Positions 19,939 through 31,179 of a stretch of 31,766 nucleotides of DNA are shown here, one piece after another; the first letter of the stretch is position 1; every line of letters begins with the position of its first letter. Origin of the DNA: Syntrophomonas sp. (GTDB taxonomy: Bacteria; Bacillota; Syntrophomonadia; Syntrophomonadales; Syntrophomonadaceae); assembly GCA_028709355.1 (NCBI GenBank), contig JAQVXF010000001.1:1-31766 (forward strand), read 5' to 3'. The notes beneath the pieces are model-generated. The model was not told where the DNA came from. It did not search any database and saw only the letters and a list, made by a program, of their open reading frames with translations. The translations under genes were made by a program, and so were the position numbers.

Positions 19939-22583
19939 CTAGCCGTTGGTTAATTGCGCCTGGGCAGCGGCCAAACGAGCGATGGGTATCCGGTAAGGCG
20001 AACAGCTTACGTAGTCCAGTCCAATGAGATGACAAAACTCTACCGAACTCGGTTCGCCGCCATGTTCACCACAGATGCCCATCAATATATCCGGCTTGGT
20101 GGTGCGGGCTTTTTCCACCGCTATCTTCATCAGGCCCCCTACTCCTTTGCGGTCCAGGACGGCGAAGGGATTGTCTTTCATGATCTTCCTCTCCAAATAC
20201 ACCGGAATGAACTTGCCTTCCGCATCATCCCGACTGAATCCTAATGTGGTCTGGGTCAGGTCATTGGTCCCGAAGGAGAAGAATTCTGCCTGCTCGGCTA
20301 TTTCGTCGGCTACTATACAAGCCCGAGGCAACTCCAGCATGGTTCCCAGTACGAAATCAAGCTCCTCCTGATGGCCCTGTTTCACCTCGGTATACACTTT
20401 CAGAATATCTTCACGCAGCAAGGTGAATTCCATCTGGTCCATCACTAGCGGTATTTCTACCTCGGTGAAGGTGGCCACGCCCTCTCCCTGGAGCAGGTAC
20501 ATGGCTTCAAAGATAGCCCGGGCCTGCATGATGTAAATCTCCGGATAAGTCAAGCCCAGGCGGCACCCCCGGTGTCCCAGCATCGGATTGGCTTCCGATA
20601 ACTGCTGCACTTTTTTGGCCATCTGCTCTTTGGCAAAGATTTCATAGGGATTGGCATTCCTATATTTCATCTCGGCGATTTCCAACATCAGCGATTCATG
20701 GTCAGGCAGAAATTCGTGCAGGGGCGGATCAAGCAATCGTATGGTCACCGGAAATGGCGCCATCGCCTTGAGGATACCATAGAAGTCATCCCGCTGGAAC
20801 GGCAGCAGTTTGGCCAGGGCCTTCTGCCGGTCCTCCAGATTATCGGCCAATATCATCTCCTGCACGCTGGGCAGTCGCTCCTGAGCCATGAACATATGCT
20901 CGGTCCGGCACAGGCCGATGCCTTGAGCCCCAAATTCCCTGGCCTTCATAGCATCCTCAGGAGTATCCGCATTGGCGCGCACCCCGAGTCTTTTGACTTC
21001 GTCCGCCCAGGTCAGCAGGATTTGGAACTCGTCAGATAGAGTGGGTTCGATCATCGGCACCTCACCGATCATGACATTTCCGGTCGAACCATCGATGGTT
21101 ATGATGTCCCCTTCTTTCACAGTCACCCCGTTGGCACTAAATAGGCGACTGGCTAAATCGATCTTGATGGTCTCACAACCGCATACACAAGGTTTGCCCA
21201 TGCCCCGGGCCACTACCGCCGCGTGTGAAGTCATCCCCCCCCTGGCAGTCAACACCCCCTGCGAATGGACAATACCATGGATATCATCTGGAGCGGTCTC
21301 GTTTCGTACCAGTATACTCTCTCCCCGGCTTCGCCCAGTTTCTCGGCCAGGTCTGCATCCAGCACCACCCGGCCGCTAGCTGCGCCTGGAGATGCCGGCA
21401 AACCCTTAGCGATAGGTTCCAAATGGGCCGAGGTATCTATCTGCCGATGCAGGAGTTGATCGATCTGCTCGGGATCTATCCTCAGCAAGGCCTCTCCCTG
21501 GCTGATCAGTCCTTCGCTCACCATATCCACCGCGATCTTAACCGCCGCTTTGGTAGTCCTCTTGCCGGTCCTGGTCTGCAGCATGTACAGGACCCCTTTT
21601 TCCACGGTGAACTCGATGTCCTGCATGTCCCGATAATGTTTTTCCAGATTATTGCAGGTATTCACGAATTGTTCATATACAGACGGGAGGTTCTCTTTGA
21701 GATTGGATATCGGCAGGGGGGTGCGGATACCAGCCACTACATCCTCTCCCTGGGCATTGACCAGGAATTCCCCGTACAGTTCACGCTCTCCGGTGGAGGG
21801 ACTGCGGGTAAAAGCCACCCCGGTCCCGCAGTCTTCGCCAAGATTGCCAAAGGCCATGCACTGCACATTCACAGCAGTGCCCAAATCATCCCTGATCTTA
21901 TTGATGCGTCGATATACGATAGCTCGCTGGTTGTTCCAGGAACCGAACACGGCTGTTATCGCCATGATCAATTGCTCCCGCACGTCCTGCGGAAAATCAA
22001 TGCCTTTGTCCTTTTTGACCTGGTTTTTGTATTCCGATATCATAGCCAATAGCTCACTAGCTGGGATCTCATAATCGAATATCAATCCCAGTTTCCTCTT
22101 ATATTTCTCAATGATGTCATCGAAGTGGGCATGTTCCATTTCCAAAACCACATTGCCAAACATTTGAATAAACCTGCGGTAGCAATCATAAGCGAACCTC
22201 TCGTCACCGGATAAGCTGGCCAGGCCCTGGACCGACTCATCGTTGAGACCCAGGTTTAAAATGGTGTCCATCATGCCGGGCATGGACACCGCCGCCCCTG
22301 ACCTTACTGAGACCAGCAGCGGGTTGTCCCTGTCCCCGAAGCTCTTGCCGGTCTTTTCCTCCAGCTGGGCCAGCGCCGCAAAAGTCTGTTCCAGGATTCC
22401 CGCCGGAAATTCCTGTCCCAAGGCCAGGTACTCATTACAAGCTTCCGCAGTTATGGTGAAGCCAGGCGGAACCGGCAACCCGATCCTGGTCATCTCCGCC
22501 AGGTTGGCCCCCTTGCCGCCCAGGATCGATTTCATGTCTGATTTCCCTTCTTCAAATAGATAAACCCACTTCTTGCTAGACAT
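19939..22583 (-). pseudogene. ppdK: Pyruvate phosphate dikinase, frameshifted at about 21315-21316 (pseudogene or sequencing error)
   Basis: N-half (LGGKGANLAEM, VSVRSGAAVSMPGMMDT, NAQGEDVVAGIRTP) and C-half (GGMTSHAAVVAR, GIGLCRTEHMF, SFGTNDLTQ, GICGEHGG) lie in different frames. One missing base in GAG AGA GT- ATA CTG restores ERVILVRNETAPDD. Confidence 0.93.
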
Positions 22584-23397
22584 TACTCAACCTCCTATAG
22601 TAGATTTCGAGGATCTTGCTGGCTGTCTCTTCTACCGCCCGGTTGGTCACGTCGATGACCGGGCAACCCAGTTTCTTCATTATCCTGTCTGCATATTCCA
22701 ACTCCTCCAAAATCCTTTCGTAGTTGGCATAGCTGGCTTGTCCAGTCAGTCCCAGGGTTTTCAGCCTTTCGATACGGATGCTGTTCAATAGATCCGGTTT
22801 GATCACCAGGCCTATCACTTTGCCGCGTTCCAATCGGAACAGTTCATCTGGTGGTGTCACCTCGGGTACCAGAGGTACATTGGCGACCTTAACCCTTTTA
22901 TGGGCCAAGTACATGGATAGGGGCGTTTTCGAGGTACGGGATACACCTACCAGTACAATATCAGCCAGGGTTATACCCTTGGGATCTTTGCCATCGTCGT
23001 AGCGGACAGCGAATTCTACCGCTTCCACCCGGCGGTAATACATCTCGTCCACCCGGCGCAGCAAGCCTGGTTCTCGCTTCGGAGCCAGTTGGCTGGCCTC
23101 CTCGAAGGCTGAAATTATCGGGCCCAGCACGTCTACACAGACGACTCCCGAACGGTGGGCTTCCTGGCGCAGGAATTCCGCCAATTCATTTAAAACCAGA
23201 GTATAGGCTATCATAAAGTGGTTTTCGGCAGCTTGATGCACAACCTCGGCCAAGGTGCCTTTGTCGCTTATGTTGGGTATCTGCCGTATCTCCATGGTTC
23301 CGGAGTTGAATTGACTGGCCGCTGCCCTGACCACCATCTCGGCCGTCTCGCCGATGGAGTCAGATACAATAAAAACCCCGGGTAAATGATCAGACAA
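22576..23397 (-). CDS. ppsR: PPDK regulatory protein (kinase/pyrophosphorylase, YqfL/PpsR)
   Basis: VSDSIGETAE, EFAVRYDDGKD, GVSRTSKTPLSMYLA and AVEETA. Directly upstream of ppdK. Confidence 0.95.
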   Translation of the reverse strand: MSDHLPGVFIVSDSIGETAEMVVRAAASQFNSGTMEIRQIPNISDKGTLAEVVHQAAENHFMIAYTLVLNELAEFLRQEAHRSGVVCVDVLGPIISAFEEASQLAPKREPGLLRRVDEMYYRRVEAVEFAVRYDDGKDPKGITLADIVLVGVSRTSKTPLSMYLAHKRVKVANVPLVPEVTPPDELFRLERGKVIGLVIKPDLLNSIRIERLKTLGLTGQASYANYERILEELEYADRIMKKLGCPVIDVTNRAVEETASKILEIYYRRLSNV

Positions 23398-23414
23398 TAT
23401 TCAATACCTCCTCC

Positions 23415-24065
23415 TTATTTCAAGGCAAGATCCAGAAACAACCTGGTTATATTGGTCTTGGTGATCCTACCCACCACTTCCAGATGTTCTTTGCCCATCA
23501 GCTCTCCAGACCGGCGCACGACTGGCAGTGAATCAACTTCATGCTCCACCAGTCTTTTGACCACGGTCACCACTGAATCCTCGATGTCAGCGGTAATAAC
23601 ATTGGGCATGCGGGTCATTATAACGCTGACCGGCACCTTATGGATATCAACCTTCCCCATGGTGGCTTTGAGCAAGTCTTTGCGTGACGCCAAGCCAGCC
23701 AGGAAATTACTCTCATCGACCACAAAAAGCGTTCCTATGTCCTCCAAAAACAGGGTAACGATGGCATCATAAATGCTGGTTTTCTCTTTCACCACGATGG
23801 GCATGGACATGATGTCCTTGACCCGGTACTGATTGAGAACCTTCTTGATCCTGGTGTTGAAGCCGTCCGCCTTGTAGGTGTAGCCTACCCGGGGTTTGGC
23901 CTCCAAATAGCCAGACATGGTCAGGACAGCCAGGTCAGGGCGCAGAGCTGCCCGGGTGACCTCGAGGATCTCAGCTATATTTTCACCGGTAATCGGCCCT
24001 TGCTTTTTGACAATATCCAGGATTTTCTCTTGCCGCTCATTCAGCTCGATGTTTTTCACCACCAA
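23415..24065 (-). CDS. ccpN: CcpN transcriptional repressor (HTH + 2 CBS domains)
   Basis: GPITGENIA, RAALRPDLAVLTMSGYLEAKPRVGY, MTRMPN and GRITKTNIT. Start codon uncertain by a few codons. Confidence 0.92.
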   Translation of the reverse strand: MVVKNIELNERQEKILDIVKKQGPITGENIAEILEVTRAALRPDLAVLTMSGYLEAKPRVGYTYKADGFNTRIKKVLNQYRVKDIMSMPIVVKEKTSIYDAIVTLFLEDIGTLFVVDESNFLAGLASRKDLLKATMGKVDIHKVPVSVIMTRMPNVITADIEDSVVTVVKRLVEHEVDSLPVVRRSGELMGKEHLEVVGRITKTNITRLFLDLALK

Positions 24066-24108
24066 TTATGCTATACTTTTTGGGTTTTACCACCCCAATT
24101 ACATATAC

Positions 24109-24138
24109 TTTATAGACTAAAAAAATCCTGTTTGGCAA
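24109..24138 (-). promoter_or_regulatory. Putative promoter for ccpN-ppsR-ppdK
   Basis: TTGCCA, 18-nt spacer, TATAAA in an AT-rich intergenic region. Confidence 0.4.
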
Positions 24139-24149
24139 GGGAAATTTTT

Positions 24150-26219
24150 TTATAGCACTATTTTGGTGAAATCCGCCAATTGGTTACCCATGTTCGCGAT
24201 GGTCTTCAACAAGCCCAAGCGGGCCGCCCGCAGCTCAGGATCCTCCACCATCACCATCACCGCCTCGAAGAATTCATCCAGGGCAGGCCGCAGCCCCGCT
24301 ATCAATTTCAATCCTTCCATGAAGTCTTCTGCCTGGAAAGCCCTGTCCACTAACGGTTGAGTTTCCCTTACCTCAGCGTAGAGAGTCTTCTCACTAGGGT
24401 CGACAAGCAGTTCGGAGCGTACATCCAAGCTGGCCCATTTTTTAGACAGGTTATGGGCACGGTTGAAAACCACCATGAAATCTTGCCAACCCGACGATTC
24501 CTTGAATAGACGGACCGCATCGGCCCGGGCTATGATCTGTTGCAGATCATCGACATCCCGTTCCAACACCGCATCTATCACATCATAGGAATATCCCCGG
24601 TCCGACATAATCCCGCGCATCCTCTGGAGAATAAAATCCATCAGGTCGGCAGCAGTCGCCCCGGCATCACGAGTGAGTCCAAACCTGCCCATGACGGCAT
24701 GAGTCTCAGTAATCAATACGCGCAAATCAACCCTCAACCCGAGGTCGATTATCATATATACTATCCCCAGGGCCTGGCGCCTCAAAGCATAGGGGTCTTG
24801 AGAACCAGAGGGTTTTATACCCATGGCGAAGAAAGCGGTAAGGTTGAATAGCTTTTCTGCCAGGGCCAATACTTGGCCAGTCTCTGAATCAGGCAGCCGA
24901 TCACCGGCAAACCGGGGCAAGTAATGCTCCAGGATGGCTTCCGCCACCTGGCTGTCCTCACCATCGTGGAGGGCGTAATACCGGCCCATTATCCCCTGCA
25001 ATTCAGGGAATTCATACACCATATTGCTGAGCAGGTCAGCCTTGCATAAGAATGCAGCCCGGTCGAGTTGGTCCGGGTCGCCCATCCCCAGAGTGCGACC
25101 TATGAAGATTGCCAGACTGCGCAGGCACTGGACTTTATCCAGGATGCTGCCCAGCTTTTCGTGGAACATGACGTTCTGCAAACCGGGCACCAACTGGGCC
25201 AGCGATTTGGCGGTGTCCTCCCGCCAGAAGAAGAGAGCATCTTCCAGGCGGGCCTTCAACACTCTTTCATTACCTGCCCTGACCAGATCCAGGCAATAAT
25301 CGGTACCATTTCTGACCCCGACAAATCCAGCCATCAGCTTATTGTCCGCCGTGAAGACGGGGAAATAGCGCTGGTGGGCGATCATGCTGGTGGTCAGGAC
25401 TTCCGCGGGGACCTCAAGATAAGCGGGGGAGAATTCTCCAAAAAAGGCAGTGGGATACTCCACCAGGAAGGATACTTCGTTTAACAGGTCTTCGTTCTCC
25501 ATCGCCCTACCACCTGCCCGCTGTGCTGCTTCTTGGACCTGGGCCCAGATCATTGCCTTACGCTGCTCCTGATCCACGATTACATAATTGTCCTGCAATG
25601 CATCGAAGTATTCATTTATACTGGCTACTGTGATCGCCTCCGGGGCCAGGAAACGATGCCCTCTGGTCCAATCCGAACTGCTTACATTCTCGATCTTGAT
25701 CGGCAATTGCCCGGTCCCGTAGATGGCCAGGAGCCAGCGGATGGGGCGGGCAAACCGGATCTGGAAATAGCCCCAGCGCATCGAGCGGGGAAAGTTCAGG
25801 GCATTTATCATCTCGGTCAACAAACCGGGCAGCAGTTCCTCAGTAAGGCCGCCGGGTTCATGCCGTACTGCGTATACATACTCGATTCCCCCTACCTCTC
25901 TTATCACCAGGGAGTCAACCTCTATGCCCTGGCTGCGGGCGAAACCTAACGCCGCTTTACTGGGCGAGCCATCCTTATCATAAGCTGCCGATCCCTTGGG
26001 ACCCCGGTTTTCGATGATAGTGTCCCGCTGTTGTTCCGACAGGCTTTTAACCAACAGGACCAAACGTCGCGGGGTACCCAGGGTTACAACCTCAGCGAAA
26101 TCCAGGTGGCTTTGCTGCAATTTGCTGCTGGCAATCTCTTTAAGATCTTTCAGGGCGTCCGGCATTAACGCCGAAGGTATCTCTTCCACCCCGATCTCGA
26201 GAAGCATATCTTTACTCAT
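24150..26219 (-). CDS. glyS: Glycine-tRNA ligase beta subunit
   Basis: LLEIGVEEIP, TPRRL, FARPIRW, GNERVLKARLEDA and EFPELQGIMG. Confidence 0.97.
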   Translation of the reverse strand: MSKDMLLEIGVEEIPSALMPDALKDLKEIASSKLQQSHLDFAEVVTLGTPRRLVLLVKSLSEQQRDTIIENRGPKGSAAYDKDGSPSKAALGFARSQGIEVDSLVIREVGGIEYVYAVRHEPGGLTEELLPGLLTEMINALNFPRSMRWGYFQIRFARPIRWLLAIYGTGQLPIKIENVSSSDWTRGHRFLAPEAITVASINEYFDALQDNYVIVDQEQRKAMIWAQVQEAAQRAGGRAMENEDLLNEVSFLVEYPTAFFGEFSPAYLEVPAEVLTTSMIAHQRYFPVFTADNKLMAGFVGVRNGTDYCLDLVRAGNERVLKARLEDALFFWREDTAKSLAQLVPGLQNVMFHEKLGSILDKVQCLRSLAIFIGRTLGMGDPDQLDRAAFLCKADLLSNMVYEFPELQGIMGRYYALHDGEDSQVAEAILEHYLPRFAGDRLPDSETGQVLALAEKLFNLTAFFAMGIKPSGSQDPYALRRQALGIVYMIIDLGLRVDLRVLITETHAVMGRFGLTRDAGATAADLMDFILQRMRGIMSDRGYSYDVIDAVLERDVDDLQQIIARADAVRLFKESSGWQDFMVVFNRAHNLSKKWASLDVRSELLVDPSEKTLYAEVRETQPLVDRAFQAEDFMEGLKLIAGLRPALDEFFEAVMVMVEDPELRAARLGLLKTIANMGNQLADFTKIVL

Positions 26220-27133
26220 TACCCTTGCACCTCCTTGGTCTGCAATAGTGCCGCTCTTAGGTTTTCGTCCTTCAAAAGCGGATAGCCCATCCGCTCCCGC
26301 TGTTCAAGGTATTCACGGGCTACCGTGCGGGCCAGGTTGCGAACCCGGCCGATATATCCAGTGCGTTCGGTAACGCTTATGGCTCCGCGGGCGTCGAGCA
26401 GGTTAAAAAGATGCGAACACTTGAGGACATAATCGTAAGCCGGTTGGGGCAGTTTCAATTCTGCCACCCGCCGGGCTTCCTCCTCGCAGAGGTTAAACAT
26501 GGTGGTCAAAGTGGGGACGTCGGCCACGGTGAAATTATAATGTGAATAGTCCACCTCCGCCTGGTGGTGTACATCAGCATAGCTGATACCATCCACCCAC
26601 TCTACATCGAAGACACTTTCCCGATTCTGGATGTACATGGCGATCCGCTCCAAACCATAAGTAATCTCCGCACTGACCGGGTAGCAGTCGAAACCTCCAC
26701 ATTGTTGGAAATAGGTAAACTGGGTTATCTCCATGCCATCCAACCATATCTCCCATCCCAATCCCCAGGCCCCCAAGGTTGGTGATTCCCAGTTGTCCTC
26801 CACCAACCGGATGTCATGTTTCCCCGGCTCAATGCCTAAACGGCGCAGGCTCTCCAGGTACAAATCGATCACATCATCGGGGGAGGGTTTCAGGATGACC
26901 TGGAACTGGTAGTAGTGCTGAAGACGATTGGGATTCTGCCCATAGCGCCCGTCGGTGGGCCGCCGGGAGGGCTCGACGTAGGCCACGTTCCATGGCTCGG
27001 GTCCCAAGCAACGCAAAAAGGTGGCCGGATTCATGGTCCCCGCCCCCTTCTCCATGTCATAGGGCTGCTGGATGATGCAGCCCTGTTGTCCCCAGAACTC
27101 TTGCAGGTTGATGATGATCTCCTGGAAATTCAT
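26219..27133 (-). CDS. glyQ: Glycine-tRNA ligase alpha subunit
   Basis: [47 protein letters not shown] and EITYGLERI. Confidence 0.98.
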   Translation of the reverse strand: MNFQEIIINLQEFWGQQGCIIQQPYDMEKGAGTMNPATFLRCLGPEPWNVAYVEPSRRPTDGRYGQNPNRLQHYYQFQVILKPSPDDVIDLYLESLRRLGIEPGKHDIRLVEDNWESPTLGAWGLGWEIWLDGMEITQFTYFQQCGGFDCYPVSAEITYGLERIAMYIQNRESVFDVEWVDGISYADVHHQAEVDYSHYNFTVADVPTLTTMFNLCEEEARRVAELKLPQPAYDYVLKCSHLFNLLDARGAISVTERTGYIGRVRNLARTVAREYLEQRERMGYPLLKDENLRAALLQTKEVQG

Positions 27134-27238
27134 TGTTCGACCCCCTATGATATTTTATTGGCGAGCAACACCTGTGATCAGGATGCTCTCATAATCGGCT
27201 CAACCAGCCATTAAGCCTGGATATCGGCCCCGAAAATA

Positions 27239-27418
27239 AAAAAGCCCGTAACACAACAGGGACGGGACTAAAAACCCGCGGTTCCACCCTGCTTGACACG
27301 TGGCCCACCTCTTGAATGTCCATTACTCCGAAACGCCTTCAGATACAGACCCTGCCGGTTCACATCCTGCCCGGCTTTCTGGAAGGGGCTGTTTACCTTA
27401 CTCCTTTTCATCATCGTA
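27239..27418 (-). ncRNA. T-box riboswitch (Gly) upstream of glyQS
   Basis: Stem I features (GGAGTAAG, AGAAAG, GTGAA), specifier GAA-GGC (Gly, 27337-27335), T-box AAGCAGGGTGGAACCGCG, antiterminator closing on CCCGTCCCTG, and terminator CCCGT...ACGGGCTTTTT. Confidence 0.95.
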
Positions 27419-27438
27419 TGGCTATTAAATTCATTGAT

Positions 27439-27468
27439 AGTTTATCAACCGCAGTCCCAGCTTGTCAA
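27439..27468 (-). promoter_or_regulatory. Sigma-A promoter for the T-box-glyQS transcript
   Basis: TTGACA (overlapping the recO stop), 18-nt spacer, TAAACT with an extended -10 TG. Confidence 0.7.
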
Positions 27469-28223
27469 ATGGAAACCGCCATGGCCTGCTTCAGCCAGCG
27501 AATCGTGTTCTTGACCCGAAATTTCTGTTCCACATGGTATTCCAGGTAGCGCTCCAAGAACGACTCCAACTGGCGCATGACCTCCGGTGAAGCCTTGACC
27601 CGGCGCACGGCCTGCAAAGAGCCCTCAGAGAGCAAACGGATCAGCGCCAGGCAATCGCCCCGCAGGTGCATCAGGCTGGTATCTCCCGTCGAGCAACCGG
27701 CACACACTAAGCCTCCATCAGCCAGGCTGAAAGCATATTGACTGGGAACCCGCCCGCCACACTGCACGCATTGGTCGAGTACCGGCTTATAACCCAGGTG
27801 GACCAACAACCGGCTTTCGAAGAGGCGCACCAGCAGGGGATTAAATCCCTCGGCATCGATGATTTCCAGGACCGCCAGCAGCTCTTGGTATAGGCCGGGC
27901 AGAGGGACCTTGTCCATCAGGCTCTTGTCCATGATCTCCATCATGTATACGTTGTAGAGGGTGCGATTCAAGTCTTCGCGGGAATTGCCAAAGAAATCAA
28001 TGACCCGGCCCTGGGTGATTATGTCCATGTTACGCCCCTGGCTGAAAAAAAGGAGGGAATGGCAAAAAGGCTGGACACAGCCGCGCAGACTGCTCTTGGG
28101 CTTTTTGACTCCTTTGGCTACGGCGGTCAGCTTGCCCTCTTTCTCAGTGAAGACAGTGACCAATTGGTCGCTCTCCCTCAGATTGCGGGCTCGCAAAATT
28201 ATGGCACGACTGCGGTAATACAT
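27465..28223 (-). CDS. recO: DNA repair protein RecO
   Basis: ESDQLVTVFTEKEGKLTAVAKGVKKPKS and a zinc finger CVQC...CAGC. ATG 28223 after AAGGAG. Confidence 0.95.
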   Translation of the reverse strand: MYYRSRAIILRARNLRESDQLVTVFTEKEGKLTAVAKGVKKPKSSLRGCVQPFCHSLLFFSQGRNMDIITQGRVIDFFGNSREDLNRTLYNVYMMEIMDKSLMDKVPLPGLYQELLAVLEIIDAEGFNPLLVRLFESRLLVHLGYKPVLDQCVQCGGRVPSQYAFSLADGGLVCAGCSTGDTSLMHLRGDCLALIRLLSEGSLQAVRRVKASPEVMRQLESFLERYLEYHVEQKFRVKNTIRWLKQAMAVSI

Positions 28224-28265
28224 GCTCAACTCCTTAACACCTCGGTTGACTGGATTGGGATAGGA

Positions 28266-28943
28266 CTATTTTTCGCAGGTAGTTGGGTAGGATCGCAGTA
28301 ATTGACCGGCATTGCTGGTGCCGATCCGGTCAGCTCCCGCTTCTATAAGGGCCAAGGCGAAAGCGCGGTCTCTTATTCCTCCCGAAGCCTTTATCTTTAG
28401 AGAGGGTCGCTTGTATTGCATGAGTTGGGCGATATCATCTAAGCTAGCGCCGCGCGGCCCGAAGCCGGTCGAAGTTTTGACAAAATCAGCTTCGGTCTGG
28501 TTAATCACTCCCGCCACTGCCCCTAGTTGGTTATAATCAAGCAAGCCCGTCTCTACTATCACTTTGAGAATGAACGGCTGCTTTTGTTTCAAAGCCGCTA
28601 CAGCCTCGATCTCCTGTCGCACGGTCTGATAATTCCCGTCTTTACAGGCGCCGATATTTATTACCATATCCAGTTCGTCAGCGCCCTGATCCAGCGACCA
28701 GGCCGCCAGACAAGACTTGCCGGTCAGCCCATCGGCACCCAGCGGAAAACCGACCACGGTGCATAGCTTGACCGCAGTACCCGTCAACAAGCGGCGACAA
28801 AGGGAGATCCGATAGGGATGCACACATACTGCCGCCAAATGGCGTTCGCTGGCTTCCTGGCACAATGCCTCTATATCTGTTTGCCGGGCGTCAGCTTTCA
28901 AATTGGTGCTGTCTATATACGAAGCCAGATCCACCCCATTCAT
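28266..28943 (-). CDS. deoC: Deoxyribose-phosphate aldolase
   Basis: VVGFPLG, GADELDMVINIG, LKVIVET, FVKTSTGF, IKASGGIR and GADRIGTS. Confidence 0.96.
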   Translation of the reverse strand: MNGVDLASYIDSTNLKADARQTDIEALCQEASERHLAAVCVHPYRISLCRRLLTGTAVKLCTVVGFPLGADGLTGKSCLAAWSLDQGADELDMVINIGACKDGNYQTVRQEIEAVAALKQKQPFILKVIVETGLLDYNQLGAVAGVINQTEADFVKTSTGFGPRGASLDDIAQLMQYKRPSLKIKASGGIRDRAFALALIEAGADRIGTSNAGQLLRSYPTTCEK

Positions 28944-28967
28944 CCTGTCACCCCACCATGCGCGACG

Positions 28968-29849
28968 CTAATTATGATAACCCAGTTGGTTCAGGTTGCC
29001 CGGGTTGTCCCGCCAGTTTTTCCTGACCTTGATCCATAAATCCAGGTACACCGAAGTATTCAGCATCTTCTCAATATCGGCGCGGGCCTGCTCGCCGATC
29101 TTTTTAAGCATCTGACCCTTTTTGCCGATGAGGATACCCTTCTGGGAATCCCTTTCGGTATTGATGACCGCCCGAATATAGATCTTATCGGGACTCTGGT
29201 GTTTGAATTCCTCAATTTCCACCGCCAGGGAATGTGGCACCTCGTCGCGAGTCAGGATGAGGGCCTTTTCTCTGATAAGTTCAGCCACGATGAATGATAC
29301 CGGCTGATCGGTCAGGTCATCCTCGGGATAATATAACGGGCCTTCCGGTAAATATTGGTAAGTCGTTTCCAGCAGCCGGTCCAGATTGTCACCTTGGGCA
29401 GCTGATATGGGAATGCACTCCATAAATTTCATCTGGTTGCAAAATGACTGCATGAACTGCTGGACTTCCTGGGGCTGGACCAGGTCAACCTTATTTACCA
29501 ACAAGAAAATCGGCACCTTGCTGTGCCTGAGCTGGTCGATGATGTGCTTCTCCCCGGGTCCGAAGGGACTGGTGACGTCGGTGATATAATAGATGATATC
29601 CACCTCGTCCAGGCTCTGGGTGGACACCTTCATCATATATTCTCCCAGCAGATGCTTGGGTTTGTGCATCCCCGGAGTATCGATAAATATTATTTGTCCC
29701 GATTCGGAGGTTAGAATCCCCTGGATGCGGGTCCGGGTGGTCTGGGGCTTATCAGATACGATGGCTATTTTGGACCCAATCAGCTTATTGACCAGCGTCG
29801 ATTTCCCCACGTTGGGACGACCGATAACGCTTACAAATCCAGACTTCAA
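28968..29849 (-). CDS. era: GTPase Era
   Basis: GRPNVGKSTL, KPQTTR, DTPG, NKVD and a KH domain (SQKGILIGKKG). TTG start. Confidence 0.97.
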   Translation of the reverse strand: MKSGFVSVIGRPNVGKSTLVNKLIGSKIAIVSDKPQTTRTRIQGILTSESGQIIFIDTPGMHKPKHLLGEYMMKVSTQSLDEVDIIYYITDVTSPFGPGEKHIIDQLRHSKVPIFLLVNKVDLVQPQEVQQFMQSFCNQMKFMECIPISAAQGDNLDRLLETTYQYLPEGPLYYPEDDLTDQPVSFIVAELIREKALILTRDEVPHSLAVEIEEFKHQSPDKIYIRAVINTERDSQKGILIGKKGQMLKKIGEQARADIEKMLNTSVYLDLWIKVRKNWRDNPGNLNQLGYHN

Positions 29850-29928
29850 AATTTTTATGCCCCTTCTGCCTTGGATGAGATCTCCGCAGCTTTATGTATT
29901 AACTGGTCCCCCTAGCCCGCCCACCGAG

Positions 29929-30327
29929 CTAGGATTTAGATTCAGTTTCCAGAGAGAACGCATAGGGCAGCATCTCTCTCAGGCTGTATTGCTCCAATTC
30001 ACCGGTTGCGGTGCTGATAATTATCTGCAGCGAGGGTGCGAATTCCGCCAGAACCTGCAGGCACGCCCCACACGGACTCAATCGGCCCCTACCGCTGGAA
30101 GTTATCGCCAAACATTCGAAGTGCCGCTCACCGGCCAGCACCGCGCAAAATAGGGCTACCCGCTCGGCGCAGATAGTGAGGCTGTAAGAGGCGTTCTCGA
30201 TGTTGGTCCCAGTGAAGACCTTGCCCGTGGCAGTCAAAAGGGCTGCTCCGACCCGATAATGGGAATAAGGTGCATAAGCCCTCTCCTGTGCGGTACGAGC
30301 AGCAGCTACCAGTTCCTCTCGGTTCAA
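29929..30327 (-). CDS. cdd: Cytidine deaminase (tetrameric type)
   Basis: AYAPYSHYRVGAA, NIENASY, CAERVA and PCGAC. Confidence 0.96.
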   Translation of the reverse strand: MNREELVAAARTAQERAYAPYSHYRVGAALLTATGKVFTGTNIENASYSLTICAERVALFCAVLAGERHFECLAITSSGRGRLSPCGACLQVLAEFAPSLQIIISTATGELEQYSLREMLPYAFSLETESKS

Positions 30328-30342
30328 ATCCTGCCTCCCCTT

Positions 30343-30702
30343 TCATTCGCCCAGGTGCAGCAGATGAGGTCCGAACACCAGTATCGCCATCACCAGGGCA
30401 TTGAGTGCTGCCAGTAGCACGGCTCCGGCAGCCAGGTCCTTGGCCATCTTGGCGACTGGATGCCGCTCGGGGCAAGCCAGGTCGACCGTTCTTTCTATGG
30501 CGCTATTGATAGTCTCAGCCGTCAGTACCAGGAAAATGGTCAGGCTAAGTAACGCCCATTCCACCCGGTCCAAACCGACTCCCCAACCCAAGCTCACCAC
30601 CAGCACAACTGCCAGGAGGTGTATCTGCATATTGGCACTAGTGGTTATGGATTGGTATACCCCATGAAAAGCATAGCAGAAACTAAGAGCCAGTCTTTTC
30701 AT
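30343..30702 (-). CDS. dgkA: Diacylglycerol kinase family protein (undecaprenol kinase-type DgkA)
   Basis: SFCYAFHG, AETINSAIERTVDL and AKDLAAGAVL. Sits between ybeY and cdd. Confidence 0.93.
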   Translation of the reverse strand: MKRLALSFCYAFHGVYQSITTSANMQIHLLAVVLVVSLGWGVGLDRVEWALLSLTIFLVLTAETINSAIERTVDLACPERHPVAKMAKDLAAGAVLLAALNALVMAILVFGPHLLHLGE

Positions 30703-30708
30703 CTCAGT

Positions 30709-31179
30709 CTACCTTTCCAGGTCGACACTCTGCAATATTTTTTCCTGCCAAGCCTGCATGGTCTGATCATCTGCTTCAGAACTATGCTCAAATCCCAGCA
30801 GGTGCAGCATGCCGTGGACGGTTAGAAAGCCCACCTCCCGAGCCAGGCTGTGCCCGTATTCCTGGCTCTGAACCAATGCTTTTTCTAAAGATATGACTAT
30901 GTCCCCGAGGATATTGGTCTCCTCCGAAGCATCATACTCAGGTTCATCTTCACCTGATTCATTCATGGCAAAAGAGAGAACATCAGTAGGGGAATCCTGA
31001 CCACGATATAGATGATTCAACTTGCGGATATAATCATCGTCGACCAGCAGGATGCTCAATTCAGTGTCCGGACCCAGATCATGCAACCGGGCAGTGGCAC
31101 TCACCACTTGGTTAATCACCTTTTCCAGGCTCAGATCATACTCCACCTTGGTCTGCTGGTTTGAGATCATCGTTTCCAA
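30709..31179 (-). CDS. ybeY: Endoribonuclease YbeY
   Basis: LNHLYRGQDSPTDVLSF, LGDIVIS and VHGMLHLLGFEH. TTG start after AGGAGGG; overlaps the upstream gene by 44 nt. Confidence 0.96.
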   Translation of the reverse strand: METMISNQQTKVEYDLSLEKVINQVVSATARLHDLGPDTELSILLVDDDYIRKLNHLYRGQDSPTDVLSFAMNESGEDEPEYDASEETNILGDIVISLEKALVQSQEYGHSLAREVGFLTVHGMLHLLGFEHSSEADDQTMQAWQEKILQSVDLER

